From NCBI GenBank assembly GCA_963823035.1, contig CAWGKG010000022.1:48651-112650 (forward strand): 64,000 bases of DNA, read 5' to 3'. The position numbers were made by a program, and so were the translations under genes. The DNA is from an uncultured Gemmatimonadales bacterium. Lineage in GTDB: Bacteria; Gemmatimonadota; Gemmatimonadetes; Longimicrobiales; Gaopeijiaceae. Positions 1 to 10,617 of the stretch are shown here, one piece after another. The notes below the pieces were generated by a model. It was not told where the DNA came from. It saw only the letters and a list, made by a program, of their open reading frames with translations, and made no database searches. How positions within the stretch are numbered: the first letter of the stretch is position 1; each line of letters begins with the position of its first letter.

Positions 1-72
1 AGGATGGTTTCGAGGTCGTCGCGTCGGGGCACTAGCGGCAGGGAGGGTGGTAGGCGGGGGTCGGTTGGAGCC

Positions 73-189
73 TCAGTGGGTGCTGCGCTTTCCGGACTCC
101 TTCCGAACGGCTTTGGCGAGGGCGTAGGCACACCCGCCCCAGACGAAGGCCATCACCAGGATCATCGTCGTCCAGGTCGCCGTGGTCAT
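73..189 (-). CDS. small hydrophobic membrane protein (38 aa), possibly a MetS-like small subunit of an NSS transporter
   Basis: ATG at 189 is preceded by GGGAGAGGG. It translates to MTTATWTTMILVMAFVWGGCAYALAKAVRKESGKRSTH*, one TM helix plus a basic tail. It is below the length cut-off of the ORF track. Confidence 0.35.
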   Translation of the reverse strand: MTTATWTTMILVMAFVWGGCAYALAKAVRKESGKRSTH

Positions 190-295
190 GAGCCCTCTCC
201 CGCCGCTCGGCGGCCTTTCGGGGTGAAAAGTCGCAGAAAGGTGGCGCAACCGCGGGAGGCGAGCAAGCGGACCCGCCCACGCCTCCGGGGACGCG

Positions 296-688
296 TCAGC
301 GCTCGATGTTGACCTGCACCCCGGCCGGAGGGATCACGAGGTTGGCCGGCGTGGCCGTGGAGATCACCGTGGCCGTGGGAGCGACCGAGGCGCGGTCCAT
401 GACCCGGATCCCGAAGTGCAGCGCCCCCCCCGAAGCGCTGACGAGCACCACGCGGTGGCGCGCGGCCTCGCCGGGCTGGACCCCCAGGGACGCGCTGTAG
501 GCCTGGGTGTCGCCCTGGCCCTCGAATCCCTCGATGCCGTCGCCGCTGATCTCGAGGAGGACCGCGCCCAACATCTGGGGTCCGGTCACCGTCGCGGAGA
601 GCGTCCCCGGCCCTTTGGGCCCCGAGTCGCAGCCCGCGGCGAGCGTCGCGCCGACGAGGGCGAGGGTGGCCAGCAGACGGCGGCTCAT
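296..688 (-). CDS. lipoprotein, function unknown
   Basis: Signal peptide with lipobox MSRRLLATLALVGATLAAGC. ATG at 688 overlaps the stop of the upstream M6 gene by 4 nt (ATGA). The longer track ORF 296..793 only adds an Arg-rich extension that does not look like protein. Confidence 0.7.
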   Translation of the reverse strand: MSRRLLATLALVGATLAAGCDSGPKGPGTLSATVTGPQMLGAVLLEISGDGIEGFEGQGDTQAYSASLGVQPGEAARHRVVLVSASGGALHFGIRVMDRASVAPTATVISTATPANLVIPPAGVQVNIER

Positions 689-3203
689 CGCTTCGCCTCC
701 CCGCCGGCCGGGGCCGGCGTCTGCCCGGCACCCGCGGCCGCGAGCGCGCGGATGGCCGCGCTCATGGGCAGACCGGGGTTCGCGAGGACCCACGCGCGGA
801 AGTCGCCCAGGTCGTAGTTGAGATCGTGGTTGCCCTGCCGATCCAGGAAGAGCTTCTGGTCGCTCGTGAGCGTCGCCCCGGTCAGGAGGAAGGGCGAGGC
901 GAGCTGCGCCAAGGAGATCACGGGCGCCCGCACGTCGAGCGTCACCGTGCCGTGCGTGGTGAGCCCGAGCGCGTCACGTACCCGCAGCTGCAGCGGGAAG
1001 GAGCCCGTGACCCTGGCCGAGCCGCTGAGCCGCCCGGTCACGTCGAGGCCCAGCCCCTCGGGGAGCGTGCCGCCGAGCAGCGTCCAGACGTAGGGCGCGT
1101 TCCCGTTGTCGGGCTCCAGACGGCGGTCCTGGGGCTCGGAGGCCGCGAGCTCGACCGTGACGTCCGGGAGCGCGTACGTGATCTCGAAGTCTGCGCCGGC
1201 TTGCTTGGGCGCGTCCATCGTGATCGTCGCCGGGTTGGCCTGACCCGACAGCACGCCCGTCCAGTCGATGAAGCCGAAGCCCTTCCGCGGCACGGCCTGC
1301 ACCATCACCGTCGCGTCTTTCGGAAACCAGAGGTCCTCCGTGACCGGGTCGGAGACGATCGATCCCGGCGAGATCCCGTCGACGCCGCCGGTGATCTCCA
1401 CAGCAAGCTCGATCTGGAGTCCGCCGTACCGGGCCGTGAGCGTCACGTCGTCGAGCGGCGTGTCCACCGTCCGCACACGCGGCGAGGTCACGGCGTCACT
1501 CCACTCGATGAAGGGGCGGCGTATCCCGTCGTCGATCGCCTCGCCGGCCAGGGCCTCGACCTGGTGCTCCTCGTAGGGGGCCGAGAGGTAGGTGTGCGAG
1601 GTGCCGGAGACCGCGGCGCCGTCGACGGTGAAGAGGCCGCCGAGCCCGGCGTCGCCCTCCGAGCGGATCGTGACGCGCGTGAAGCGGGTGGTGGCCCGGA
1701 AGCTCACGTCCTGCCCGGCGCGCCGGATGTCCAGCAACGTGAGGCCCGTGGCCGAGCCGAGCTGCGAGCGCGCGGCCGGGTTCGACGCTGCGTGGAAGAC
1801 GTCGTTGCCGCTCCCGGAGCCTGCGTAGGGGAAGGGATCACCGGCGTCCCCGCGCCCACCGCCCGGCGTCTGCAGGTCCGCCCTTCCGTCCGCCTGGCGC
1901 AGCCACACGCCCTGCTCGGCGAAGGCGTTCACGCGTGTTGGACGCCCAGCGCGCACCCAGGATCGACGGGCTGATCTGCCAGACCAGGAGCCCCTGGCCC
2001 ATCAGGTTGCGGTCGAAGCCCATCGCCTCGCGGTTCTCGAGGAGGAAGTACTCCCCGGAGCCGTCCTCGGCGTCCACGCGGTAGACGGTCTCGGAGGCTC
2101 TCCACGGGCGGGAGCACGAGCGTGCCGAGGTCGGTGTCCGGATCGAGCGTGACCACGTCGGCCCAGCCGAGCACCGCCTTGGTCCAGGCCCCCATGTGGC
2201 AGGGCGTCGAGGGCGTGCGCCCGTCGCATCCCCAGGCGCCCGTGGCCATGAGGTCCCAGTTCCCCGCCCCGTTCGACTTCCCGTCCCCGTCGTACGTGTC
2301 GTAGAGGTCGGGGAGGCCGAAGGCGTGACCCGCCTCGTGCGTGAACACCCCGATCTCGTTGAGCTGAACGCCCGAGCAGGAGATCGCGGGCTGGATGAAG
2401 TAGTCGTCGACCCGGACGAAGCCGCCGTTCGCGGATGGGGTGGTCGAGGCCCAAGCGCTGTGCGAGGTGGTCGCCGAGCTCAGGCTCCACTTGTGGGACC
2501 ACACCTTGTTCGAGGACTGGCTCCCACCGCACTCGGCGCCCGAGGTGGGCTGGATCACGGCCAGGGCGTCCACGAAGCCGTCGTCGTCCCCGGAGTTGGG
2601 CACGCCGTCCGGGCCGTCGTTGTCGTAGGCGCCCCAGTCGATGTCCGGCTGTGCCTCGAGCAGGGAGGTGATGAAGTCACCCACGCGGGCCGGCGGTTGG
2701 AGCCCGCTGGCCCCGCCGGCGGTCTGCGCCTGCGTGAGCGAGCCGCGTACCCAATCGCGCACGTCGCCCTCGAGCGTGACGCGCCCGCCGGACACCTCGG
2801 AGTAGTACGCGGTGATCGTCCCCGATCCGGTGCCGAAATACGCGCTCTCGAGGCCGTCCCGCGGGTACGGGACCGTCTCGGTGGGCGAGTCGCTGTAGAG
2901 GCCGAGGAGCACCGGAATCCGAAAGGTGCCCACCACGGCTCCCTCACGTGGCCCGATCACGGACAGCGGGTCGGCGAGGCTCGCGCCCCCGCGAGGCGCG
3001 AAGGTGCGCACGAGCGTGCGCATGCGCGCGGCCCTGCCGTGCGCGAACCGGAAGGCCTCGGGGTGCTGGGCACGCCAGGCGCGGTAACCGGGAGGGAGCG
3101 GCGTTCCGTAGATCTCGGAGAGCAGCTCCACGTCCTGGGACGCGACGGGCGCCGCGAAGACCGCCAGAGCGATCGACGCGACGAGCGTGCTACGAAGGCG
3201 CAT
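685..3203 (-). pseudogene. M6-family (immune inhibitor A-like) secreted zinc metalloprotease, reading frame broken twice as assembled
   Basis: Signal peptide MRLRSTLVASIALAVFAAPVASQ from ATG 3203. HExxH motif HEAGHAFGLPDLYD. The protein continues across three track ORFs (1929..3314, 1838..2077, 685..1956), with shifts near 2085-2095 and 1938-1945. Confidence 0.8.
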
Positions 3204-3366
3204 AAGGCGATCAGAACCTCGGCGAGTGGCAGACCGGTGCGATACCCGGCGTCTTCCCTGGGGGTTCCTGCCCGGACGGAGGGTCCCTCCCGGAGCGACC
3301 CGACACGGCCGCACCCTTCCAATTAGGCCGTGGCAGAGCCACGGAGCAAGGATGAAGCGGGCGCGC

Positions 3367-3936
3367 TCAGGCGCCGAGATCCTCTCCGCGGATGCCGAGC
3401 CGGGCTCCGATCGAGCGCAGGCCGTCGATCACGTTCTGGATGTGCTCGTTGCGCTCGAGCCCGATCAGCTCGATCCCGTGCGCCACGTCGTCCCGGCTCA
3501 CCCCTGCCGCGAACGTCTTGTCCTTCAGCTTCTTGACCACGGACTTGGGGGTCAGGTCGTCGATGCCGGTCGGGCGCACGAGACAGCAGGCGAACACCAG
3601 TCCCGACAGCTCGTCGCACGCGTAGAGCACGCGATCGAGCTCGGTCTCCGGCGCCACGCCCGTGAAATCGGCGCGGTGGGCCAGGATGGCGTGGATCACC
3701 GGCTCCGGGTAGCCGAGCTCCTGCAGCTTCTCGACCGCCTGGAGCGGGTGCCGGTCGGGGTACTTCTCCCAGTCGAGGTCGTGCAGCAGCCCCGCGAGGC
3801 CCCAGAGGTCCTCGTCGGCGCCCCGCTGGCGGGCGTAGTGCCGCACCGCGGCCTCCACGGCGTACATGTGCTTCCGGAGGGCCTCGTTGTCGACCCATTC
3901 CTCGAGGAGGGCGACGGCCTGCGCGCGTTCGGGCAT
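3367..3936 (-). CDS. HD/HDIG-domain phosphohydrolase
   Basis: Intact 189-aa ORF with HD-type motifs (GLLHDLDWEK, AILAHRADF) and protein-like composition. Confidence 0.8.
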   Translation of the reverse strand: MPERAQAVALLEEWVDNEALRKHMYAVEAAVRHYARQRGADEDLWGLAGLLHDLDWEKYPDRHPLQAVEKLQELGYPEPVIHAILAHRADFTGVAPETELDRVLYACDELSGLVFACCLVRPTGIDDLTPKSVVKKLKDKTFAAGVSRDDVAHGIELIGLERNEHIQNVIDGLRSIGARLGIRGEDLGA

Positions 3937-4031
3937 GACTCTGGGCTGGCTAGGGGGATCGATCGACGTCGGGCGGTAGGTTGCGCTCGGCCGGCGTGGA
4001 GGTCAACGCCGGGGCGCTCGAGGACGTGCCG

Positions 4032-4682
4032 CTACACCCGCGACGAAGGGCACAGGTGCGACACCGCGCACGCCTCGCAGCGTGGCTTGCGGGCCACGCA
4101 CACGCGCCGACCGTGCCAGATCAGGAGGTGCGCCAGCATCGTCCAGCGGTCCTTCGGGAACACCTCCATCAGGTCCTGCTCGATCTTCTCGGGGGTGCTC
4201 TCGCGCGTGAAGCCCAGGAGGTCGGCAAGCCGCTTCACGTGCGTGTCCACCACCACGCCCTCGTCGATTCCGAAGGCGTTGCCGAGGATCACGTTCGCGG
4301 TCTTTCGGCCGACGCCGGGAAGGACGCGCAGCTCCTGCATGCTCGACGGCACCTCGCCGTCGTGCTCCGCGACCACCGCGCGCGCGAAGCCGATGATGTT
4401 CTTCGCCTTGTTGCGGTAGAACCCGGTGGAGCGGACGATCTCCTCGACGTCCTCCTGGCGGGCCGCGGCGAGCGCGCCCGCGTCCGGATAGCGCGCGAAG
4501 AGGTCGGGCGTGACCATGTTCACCCGCTCGTCGGTCGTCTGCGCGGAGAGGATCGTCGCCACCGCGAGCTGGAAGGGGTCCACGAAGTCGAGCTCGCAAT
4601 GGGCCTCGGGGTACTCGTCGCTCAGAAGCTCGTACACCTCCGCGGCCCGCTCCCTGCGGGCCTTCTTCGATTCCCTCGGCAT
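4032..4682 (-). CDS. nth: endonuclease III (DNA glycosylase / AP lyase)
   Basis: HhH-GPD motifs (LPGVGRKTANVILGNAF, VVDTHVKR) and a C-terminal 4Fe-4S cysteine cluster (CVARKPRCEACAVSHLC). The likely start is MPRESKK at 4682 rather than the track start at 4850. Confidence 0.9.
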   Translation of the reverse strand: MPRESKKARRERAAEVYELLSDEYPEAHCELDFVDPFQLAVATILSAQTTDERVNMVTPDLFARYPDAGALAAARQEDVEEIVRSTGFYRNKAKNIIGFARAVVAEHDGEVPSSMQELRVLPGVGRKTANVILGNAFGIDEGVVVDTHVKRLADLLGFTRESTPEKIEQDLMEVFPKDRWTMLAHLLIWHGRRVCVARKPRCEACAVSHLCPSSRV

Positions 4683-4827
4683 GCCGCGCGACTCCTTGTC
4701 GATCGAGTTCGGTTCGTTCCGGGGCGGGGCTAGCCCCGCAGGATCACCTTTCAAGTAGGGGAGCCGCGAGGGCACGGGTCCGCGGCCCTTCTCCCTCGTC
4801 CCCCTCCCCGCGCGCGCCCTCGCCCGG

Positions 4828-5587
4828 TCATGCCCCACGGTCGTGGCCATCGCTGGGCGGCAGGTGCTTCTCGACCGCCTCGGGCACGGCGCGCTCGTAC
4901 GCGAAGAGGCGTGCGGCGAGCTTGAGCACCTCCCCCGCCGCCGTCAGGGAGTAGAGCCCCTCGAGCTCGCCGCCCGGGAGCGTGGTGGCGAAGTCGTCTC
5001 CCGCCTCGCGCACGCTCGCCGCCATCCACGTGTCGGCCTCCGCCCAGGGCGCTTCCGGGAGCGGCACCACGCCCAGCCCCGGCCGCCCCTCGCGGATCCC
5101 CGTCGCGAGGAGGAGGTGGAGCGTGCCGTCCCCGGAGACCGTCCAGAAGAAGCCGTCGACCGGCTCGGCCGCGTCGTCGCCTCCGCCACCTCCGACCCAG
5201 AAGAGGTGGCGGGGAAGCTGCGCATACCCGGCGGGCGTCGGTGGATCACCGACGGCCTCCGCGGTGGGTGGGCCGCCGACCAGGAAGCGCGCCACGTGGA
5301 CGTCCACCAGGTGCACCGGGCGCCCGGCGCGCACGAAGTGATAGACGTGGATAGAGAAGCGCGATGTAGTCGTGGATCGCCTCCGAGGGCGCGTCGGGCG
5401 CCCTGGAGGCGCCGCACGGTCGCGCCCACGGAGCCGAGCATCGAGAAGGCGGCCCGGTCCGACGCGATCCACCTGGCGCGCCTCCGGCCTCGTCGTCGAC
5501 GGAACGGACGAAGTCGTCGACCGCGGTCCGGTCGGGGAAGGCGAGCTCGAAGGGCGTGCGGCGGGCGTAGGCGTCGTGGAGGGGCAT
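4828..5587 (-). pseudogene. hypothetical protein, frame broken at least once (possibly three times) as assembled
   Basis: Starts MPLHDAYARRTPFELAFPDRTAVDDFVRSV (ATG 5587) in the frame of ORF 5246..6190. It ends in the frame of ORF 4828..5472 (FSIHVYHFVRAGRPVHLVDV...AVPEAVEKHL). The switch is near 5350-5360. A possible compensating pair of shifts lies near 5400 and 5480. Confidence 0.45.
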
Positions 5588-5598
5588 GGCGTCCCTGC

Positions 5599-6366
5599 CT
5601 ACCCCGATGGACTCCACGGTTCCGCGATCGCCTCCGATTCCAGCACCTGTGGACGGTACGTGCCGATCATGCGCCTCGCGTCCTCCCACCAGCTCCGCCG
5701 CCGCACCAGGACCAGCTCGAGCGTGTCCTCGCCCGACTCCACCCCGTCCACCCACACGTAGTGCACGTCGCCCAACGTGGCGGGCCTCGGGATGCGGTAG
5801 CTCGCGCCACGCCAGGAGAAGGTCACGAAGTCGGCGCGCTCGAAGTCCTCCGAGCGCCACGGCTGCTCCAGGTACCAGCTCCGCTCGACGCGGAACACGC
5901 CGCCCTTCAGGTCGTCCCCGCGCTGGTAGTACCACGGATCGAAGTCCAGCCCCTCGTTGCGGTTGAAGAGCTGGTCCATGGCGTAGTCCACGTCCTCGAG
6001 GTCGTCCGCGCCCGCCAGCGACTCCAGGTGGTGGCGGAGCTCGTGGGTGAGCGTCTCCCACAGCTCTCCTTCCCAGTCGAACTCCGGGTCCTTGGCCGCC
6101 AGACTGCGGAAGGACCCCCAGTAGAGCACCACGACGGAGCGCGTGGTATCCGGGCCGGCATAGTCCGACGCGTAGTCCTCGGTGACGCACTCGCCGAGCG
6201 TGTAGATGTCGGGGAGCGTGGGGTGCGCGACGGACTCGCGGCTCACGACGAGGCCTTCCACCCCCTCGGTGTACTCCTCGGGGATCGAATCGAACGCCTC
6301 GCGGGCGGCCCGCTCGAAGGCCTTGTACTTCATGGGCGCCGAAGGAAGCCTGTCGCCCGCGGTCAT
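5599..6366 (-). CDS. zincin-like metallopeptidase family protein (DUF1025-like) with an extra C-terminal domain
   Basis: HExxH motif THELRHHLE in the typical minimal-zincin context. About 110 additional C-terminal residues. An alternative start is MKYKAFERAA at 6333. Confidence 0.65.
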   Translation of the reverse strand: MTAGDRLPSAPMKYKAFERAAREAFDSIPEEYTEGVEGLVVSRESVAHPTLPDIYTLGECVTEDYASDYAGPDTTRSVVVLYWGSFRSLAAKDPEFDWEGELWETLTHELRHHLESLAGADDLEDVDYAMDQLFNRNEGLDFDPWYYQRGDDLKGGVFRVERSWYLEQPWRSEDFERADFVTFSWRGASYRIPRPATLGDVHYVWVDGVESGEDTLELVLVRRRSWWEDARRMIGTYRPQVLESEAIAEPWSPSG

Positions 6367-6373
6367 GTCGCGC

Positions 6374-7835
6374 CTACGTGGGCTCTCCGGCGTCGTCGGA
6401 ACGGGTCTCCGACCCCGCCAGCCACCGGTTGGCCAGCACGAGCACGACGAGCACCACCGCCCACTGGATGAGCACCGTGCCGATGTTGTAGGGGCTGAAG
6501 AGCGTCCAGGTCGCGCTGCCGCCCTCGCCCCGCGCGTCCCACAGCCACCACCCGAGCACGACCACGGCCTCCACGACCACGAGCCGCATCGCCCAGTCCC
6601 ACCAGGCGCCGATGTGCACGTCCGAGTGGTCGTGGTTGATGTAGCGCTCCCGCCAGCGCGTCACGCCGTAGCGCAGGATGGCGATGGCGAAGAAGAGCCC
6701 GGAAACGGCGAGCCCGGCCCCCCACACCCAGTCCTGGTTCTGGAAGAAGCCGATCTTCAGCGCGGAGGGGATGCCGAACAGCACGCCCGCCGTGCCGACG
6801 ATGGCGATCGCCTTGCCGCGCGCCACGCCGCGGTCCATCAGGACCCGCGCCGCAAGCTCGATCATCGCCACGAGGCTCGTCCACGCCGCGAAGACGAGCG
6901 CGAGGAAGAAGAGGGCCATGAAGAAGCGCCCGCCCGGAATGAGCGCGAAGAGCTGCGGGATCCAGATGAAGGTCAGCCCCTCGTTGCCGGCGCCCACGAT
7001 CTGGGAGGCGGCGTCGGGCATCACGGAGAAGACGGTGCACAGCACCATGATCCCGGCCAGCAGCGACATCGAGTTGTTGCCGAAGCCGATGACGAAGGCG
7101 TTGAGGGCCGTGTCCTCCTCCTTGCGCATGTACACCGCGTACGTGGTGATCAGCCCCCACCCCGCGCCCGTGTCCCACGCGTTCTGCGTCAGCGCCTGCA
7201 GCCAGATGTTGTAGTCCTTCAGCTCGGACAGGTGGGGCGTGAAGAGGAACGCCAGCCCACGCGACGCCCCCGGGAGCATCAGGGCGCGCACGGCCAACAC
7301 CACCACGAGGAGGACCAGGCTCGGGATGAGGATCTTGGCCGCCGCGCTCGATCCCCTTCACGCCCTTCGACACCACGAAGAGGCCGAGGGCCATCGCGAC
7401 CAGGTGGGTCACCACCGCCTGCGGCGTCGAGTTGAAGCCGTTCCAGAAGGCGTCGGGGACGGCGGTCGGGATCGCGCCGGTGAGGGTGGCGACGAAGAAG
7501 CGGATCGTCCACCCCATCACCACCGAGTAGTAGAACATGATCGCGGTGGCCACGAACGCGACCCACGCCCCCATCCACGCGAAGCCCGGCCCCATCGTGC
7601 GCGCGAAGGCCCCCACCGGACCTCGCCGCGTGCCCTTGCCGATCGCGAACTCGGCGATGATGAGCGGCACGGACCAGGCCAGGAGGAAGACGGCCCAGGC
7701 CACGAGGAACGAGCCTCCCCCGTTGGACGCCGCGATGCGGGGAAAGCGCCAGATGTTGCCGGTGCCCACCGCCATGCCCAGCATGGCGAGGAGCATTCCC
7801 CACCGCGAGCTGAAGACCTCGGACTTCGACGCCAC
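6374..7835 (-). pseudogene. sodium-dependent NSS/SNF-family transporter, one frame break as assembled
   Basis: N-terminus MLLAMLGMAVGTGNIWRFPRIAASNGGGSFLVAW (NSS signature) in ORF 6363..7835. The remainder (AAKILIPSLVLLVVVLAVRALMLPGAS... to the C-terminus) is in the frame of ORF 6374..7306. The shift is near 7330-7340. Confidence 0.85.
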
Positions 7836-8022
7836 GGGCTCACTCCGTCGAACGGGCAGAGTCGGACACGGCCGCTCCCCCCTCGGGAGTCGGCCGCCGC
7901 CCAGTATACGGGTGCCCGCGGGAGGGGGCTACCGCGCGGGCCGCTCCGGCGCCGCACGGGGGATGGCGGGCGCGCACCTCGCCGCGCACCTTTGCCGGCG
8001 AACCCCACCACCCGCGAACAGG

Positions 8023-9747
8023 ATGCCGAGCATGACCCATCGCACCCGCGCCTCCGCCCTCCTTCTCGCGCTCCTCGCCGCCGCGAGCGCGTCCGCCTGC
8101 GCGCGCTCCGAGGCGTACGACGTCATCGTGGAGCACGGCACGCTCATCGACGGCATGGGCACCGATGGGCGTCGGGCCGACGTGGCGATCCAGGACGGCC
8201 GCATCGTCGCGGTCGGGGACCTGGCGGGGGAGGCGGCCCGGCAGCGCGTGGACGCGACCGGCAAGGTGGTGGCACCCGGCTTCATCGACATGCTCGGCCA
8301 GTCCGAGCTGACGATCCTCGTGAACCCCCACCTCCCCTCGAAGATCTTCCAGGGGATCACCACCGAGATCACCGGTGAGGGCGGCTCGATCGCGCCGCTC
8401 GACGACCGCATCGTGGCGGCCGACCGCGTCGGCTTCGAGCACCTGGGCATCACGCCGGACTGGCGCACGCTCGGAGAGTACTTCGCCCGGCTCGAGCGGC
8501 AGGGCATCGGCATCAACCTGGCCACGTACGTGGGGGCGACGCAGGTCCGCCGCATGGTGCTCGGCGACGACGACGTGCAACCCACGCCGGCGCAGCTCGA
8601 CAGCATGAAGGCGCTGGTGGCACGGGCGATGGAGGAGGGCGCCGTCGGCGTCTCGACCTCGCTCCAGTACGCCCCCGCCCCGTACGCCACCACCGAGGAG
8701 CTGATCGCGCTGGCCTCCGAGGCGTCGCGCTACCACGGCGTGTACGCGACGCACATGCGCTCCGAGGGCGACGCCGTGCTCCAGGCCCTGGACGAAGCGA
8801 TCCGCATCGGCAGCGAAGCGGACATCCCGGTGGAGGTGTGGCACATCAAGGCCGCCGGCACGCACAACTGGGGCCGCATGGAGGAGATCGTCGCGAAGGT
8901 CGACTCGGCACGCGCGGCCGGCGTGCGCATCAGCGCGGACACCTACGCGTACACGGCGTGGTTCAACTCCCTCTCGGCGTTCGTGCCGCCCTGGGCGCAC
9001 GACGGTGGCGACGCGAAGCTCATCGAGCGGCTCCAGGACCCGTCCACGCGGGCGCGCATCCGCAGCGACATGCTCACCCCCTCCTCGGAGTGGGACAACG
9101 AGTGGCAGGAGATCCCCGGGCCCGAGGCCGTTCTCGTCTCCGTGGTGCAGAACCCCGAGCTGCGGAGCCTGCAGGGGAAGAACCTCGCCCAGATCGCGGA
9201 GATGCAGGGGAAGGACCCGATCGACGCGCTCCTGGACCTCCTGGTCGCCGACCACGCGTACAGCTTCGGCGCCGTGTTCGGGATGTCCCAGGAGGACGTG
9301 TCCCTCGCCCTCCGTCAGCCCTGGGTGAGCATCGACAACGACTCGCAGGGCACCGCGCCCGACGGGATGCTGGGGGAGGAGCACCCCCATCCCCGCGCCT
9401 ACGGCACCTTCCCGCGCATCCTGCGGAAGTACGTCCGCGAGGACAGCCTGATCACGCTGCCCGAGGCGATCCGGAAGTTCACGTCGCTCGCGGCGAACAA
9501 GATGCACCTCGTCGACCGGGGCACCGTCACGGAGGGGAACTGGGCGGACCTGGTGGTCTTCGACCCCGACAGCGTGCGCGACCTGGCCACCTTCGAGGAG
9601 CCCAACCAGCTCAGCGTCGGGATGGACTGGGTGTTCGTGAACGGGGTGGCGGTCATCGCCGACGGGAAGGCCACGGACGCGCTGCCCGGACAGGTGCTGC
9701 GCGGGCCGGGATACCACGGCTCGCAGGTGCCCGGAGGGGACCGGTAG
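8023..9747 (+). CDS. N-acyl-D-amino-acid deacylase (D-aminoacylase) family amidohydrolase, secreted
   Basis: Signal peptide MPSMTHRTRASALLLALLAAASASACA. Family-typical blocks DVIVEHGTLIDG, APGFIDMLGQSE, YATHMRSEGD, VEVWHIKAAG and ADLVVFDP. Intact over 1.7 kb. Confidence 0.8.
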   Translation: MPSMTHRTRASALLLALLAAASASACARSEAYDVIVEHGTLIDGMGTDGRRADVAIQDGRIVAVGDLAGEAARQRVDATGKVVAPGFIDMLGQSELTILVNPHLPSKIFQGITTEITGEGGSIAPLDDRIVAADRVGFEHLGITPDWRTLGEYFARLERQGIGINLATYVGATQVRRMVLGDDDVQPTPAQLDSMKALVARAMEEGAVGVSTSLQYAPAPYATTEELIALASEASRYHGVYATHMRSEGDAVLQALDEAIRIGSEADIPVEVWHIKAAGTHNWGRMEEIVAKVDSARAAGVRISADTYAYTAWFNSLSAFVPPWAHDGGDAKLIERLQDPSTRARIRSDMLTPSSEWDNEWQEIPGPEAVLVSVVQNPELRSLQGKNLAQIAEMQGKDPIDALLDLLVADHAYSFGAVFGMSQEDVSLALRQPWVSIDNDSQGTAPDGMLGEEHPHPRAYGTFPRILRKYVREDSLITLPEAIRKFTSLAANKMHLVDRGTVTEGNWADLVVFDPDSVRDLATFEEPNQLSVGMDWVFVNGVAVIADGKATDALPGQVLRGPGYHGSQVPGGDR

Positions 9748-9791
9748 GGGCGGGCCCGTCACGTTCGGGCGGCGCTCGTCGTTCCTCCCGC

Positions 9792-10607
9792 ATGAAGAAG
9801 ATCCTCCTCCTGGCGGCGCTTCTCGGCGTCGCCGCGTGTGACGACGGCGCCACGGGCGTCGTCATCGAGTACCTCCCCGCCACCGTCCTGGTGGAGGTGA
9901 GCGGCGGGATCGCCGGGGCGGACTACGCCTTCCTGCGCACGGCCGACGACGTCCTCGTCGGCGTGCGCTGCAACGTGCTCTGCGACTTCCAGGCGGGGGA
10001 CACCCTTCACGTCCTCTCCGAGGTCCAGGCGGGACTCCTCGCCCTGAGGCTCGGCGACGCGGCGGCGACGACCGGCGACCACGACTACGGCGTGCCCTGC
10101 TGCGACCAGTTCGCGTACCGGCTCACCTTCACGGACGGGCCGAACCGGACGACGGTGCGGGGCGCGACGTCGACGCTTCCGGAGGCCTATCGACGGCTGG
10201 TCGCGCTCCTCGATCAGCTCCGCAGGGGCATCGCGCCCGTGATCGTCGCGGAGGGACACCCGATCGAGGGTGGGCCGGACGATGCGGTCGAGATCCTCGA
10301 CGCGAAGCTCGACGCGCCCCTCCTGGAGCTCACCGTGCGCTACGGCGGCGGGTGCGCCCGGCACGACTTCGACTTGATCGTCGCGTCGGGGTGGCGGGAG
10401 TCCTTCCCGGTGCAGGTGGACGTCGACCTGGCCCACGACGGCCACGACGACCCCTGCGACGCCCTTCCCACGGAGACGGTCCGCTTCGACCTGACGCCGC
10501 TGCGCGAGGCCTACGAGGAGAGCTACGGCTCCGGGCCCGGAGCCATGGCGATCCAGCTCGGGGCCGCCTCGGGAGGGTCGCGCACGACCGTGACCTGGAG
10601 CTTCTAG
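9792..10607 (+). CDS. lipoprotein, function unknown
   Basis: MKKILLLAALLGVAAC lipobox at ATG 9792, inside the much longer artefactual ORF 8838..10607. Cysteine-containing, protein-like sequence. Confidence 0.75.
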   Translation: MKKILLLAALLGVAACDDGATGVVIEYLPATVLVEVSGGIAGADYAFLRTADDVLVGVRCNVLCDFQAGDTLHVLSEVQAGLLALRLGDAAATTGDHDYGVPCCDQFAYRLTFTDGPNRTTVRGATSTLPEAYRRLVALLDQLRRGIAPVIVAEGHPIEGGPDDAVEILDAKLDAPLLELTVRYGGGCARHDFDLIVASGWRESFPVQVDVDLAHDGHDDPCDALPTETVRFDLTPLREAYEESYGSGPGAMAIQLGAASGGSRTTVTWSF

Positions 10608-10617
10608 CGCCTAGGGG

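Noticed and set aside
7836-8022. A possible riboswitch or leader (for example a glycine riboswitch) in the 187-bp divergent region upstream of the NSS transporter.
   Set aside because: I could not find the conserved glycine-riboswitch or any other riboswitch core sequence by eye. Only a TATACT-like hexamer is present. That is not enough evidence to call anything.
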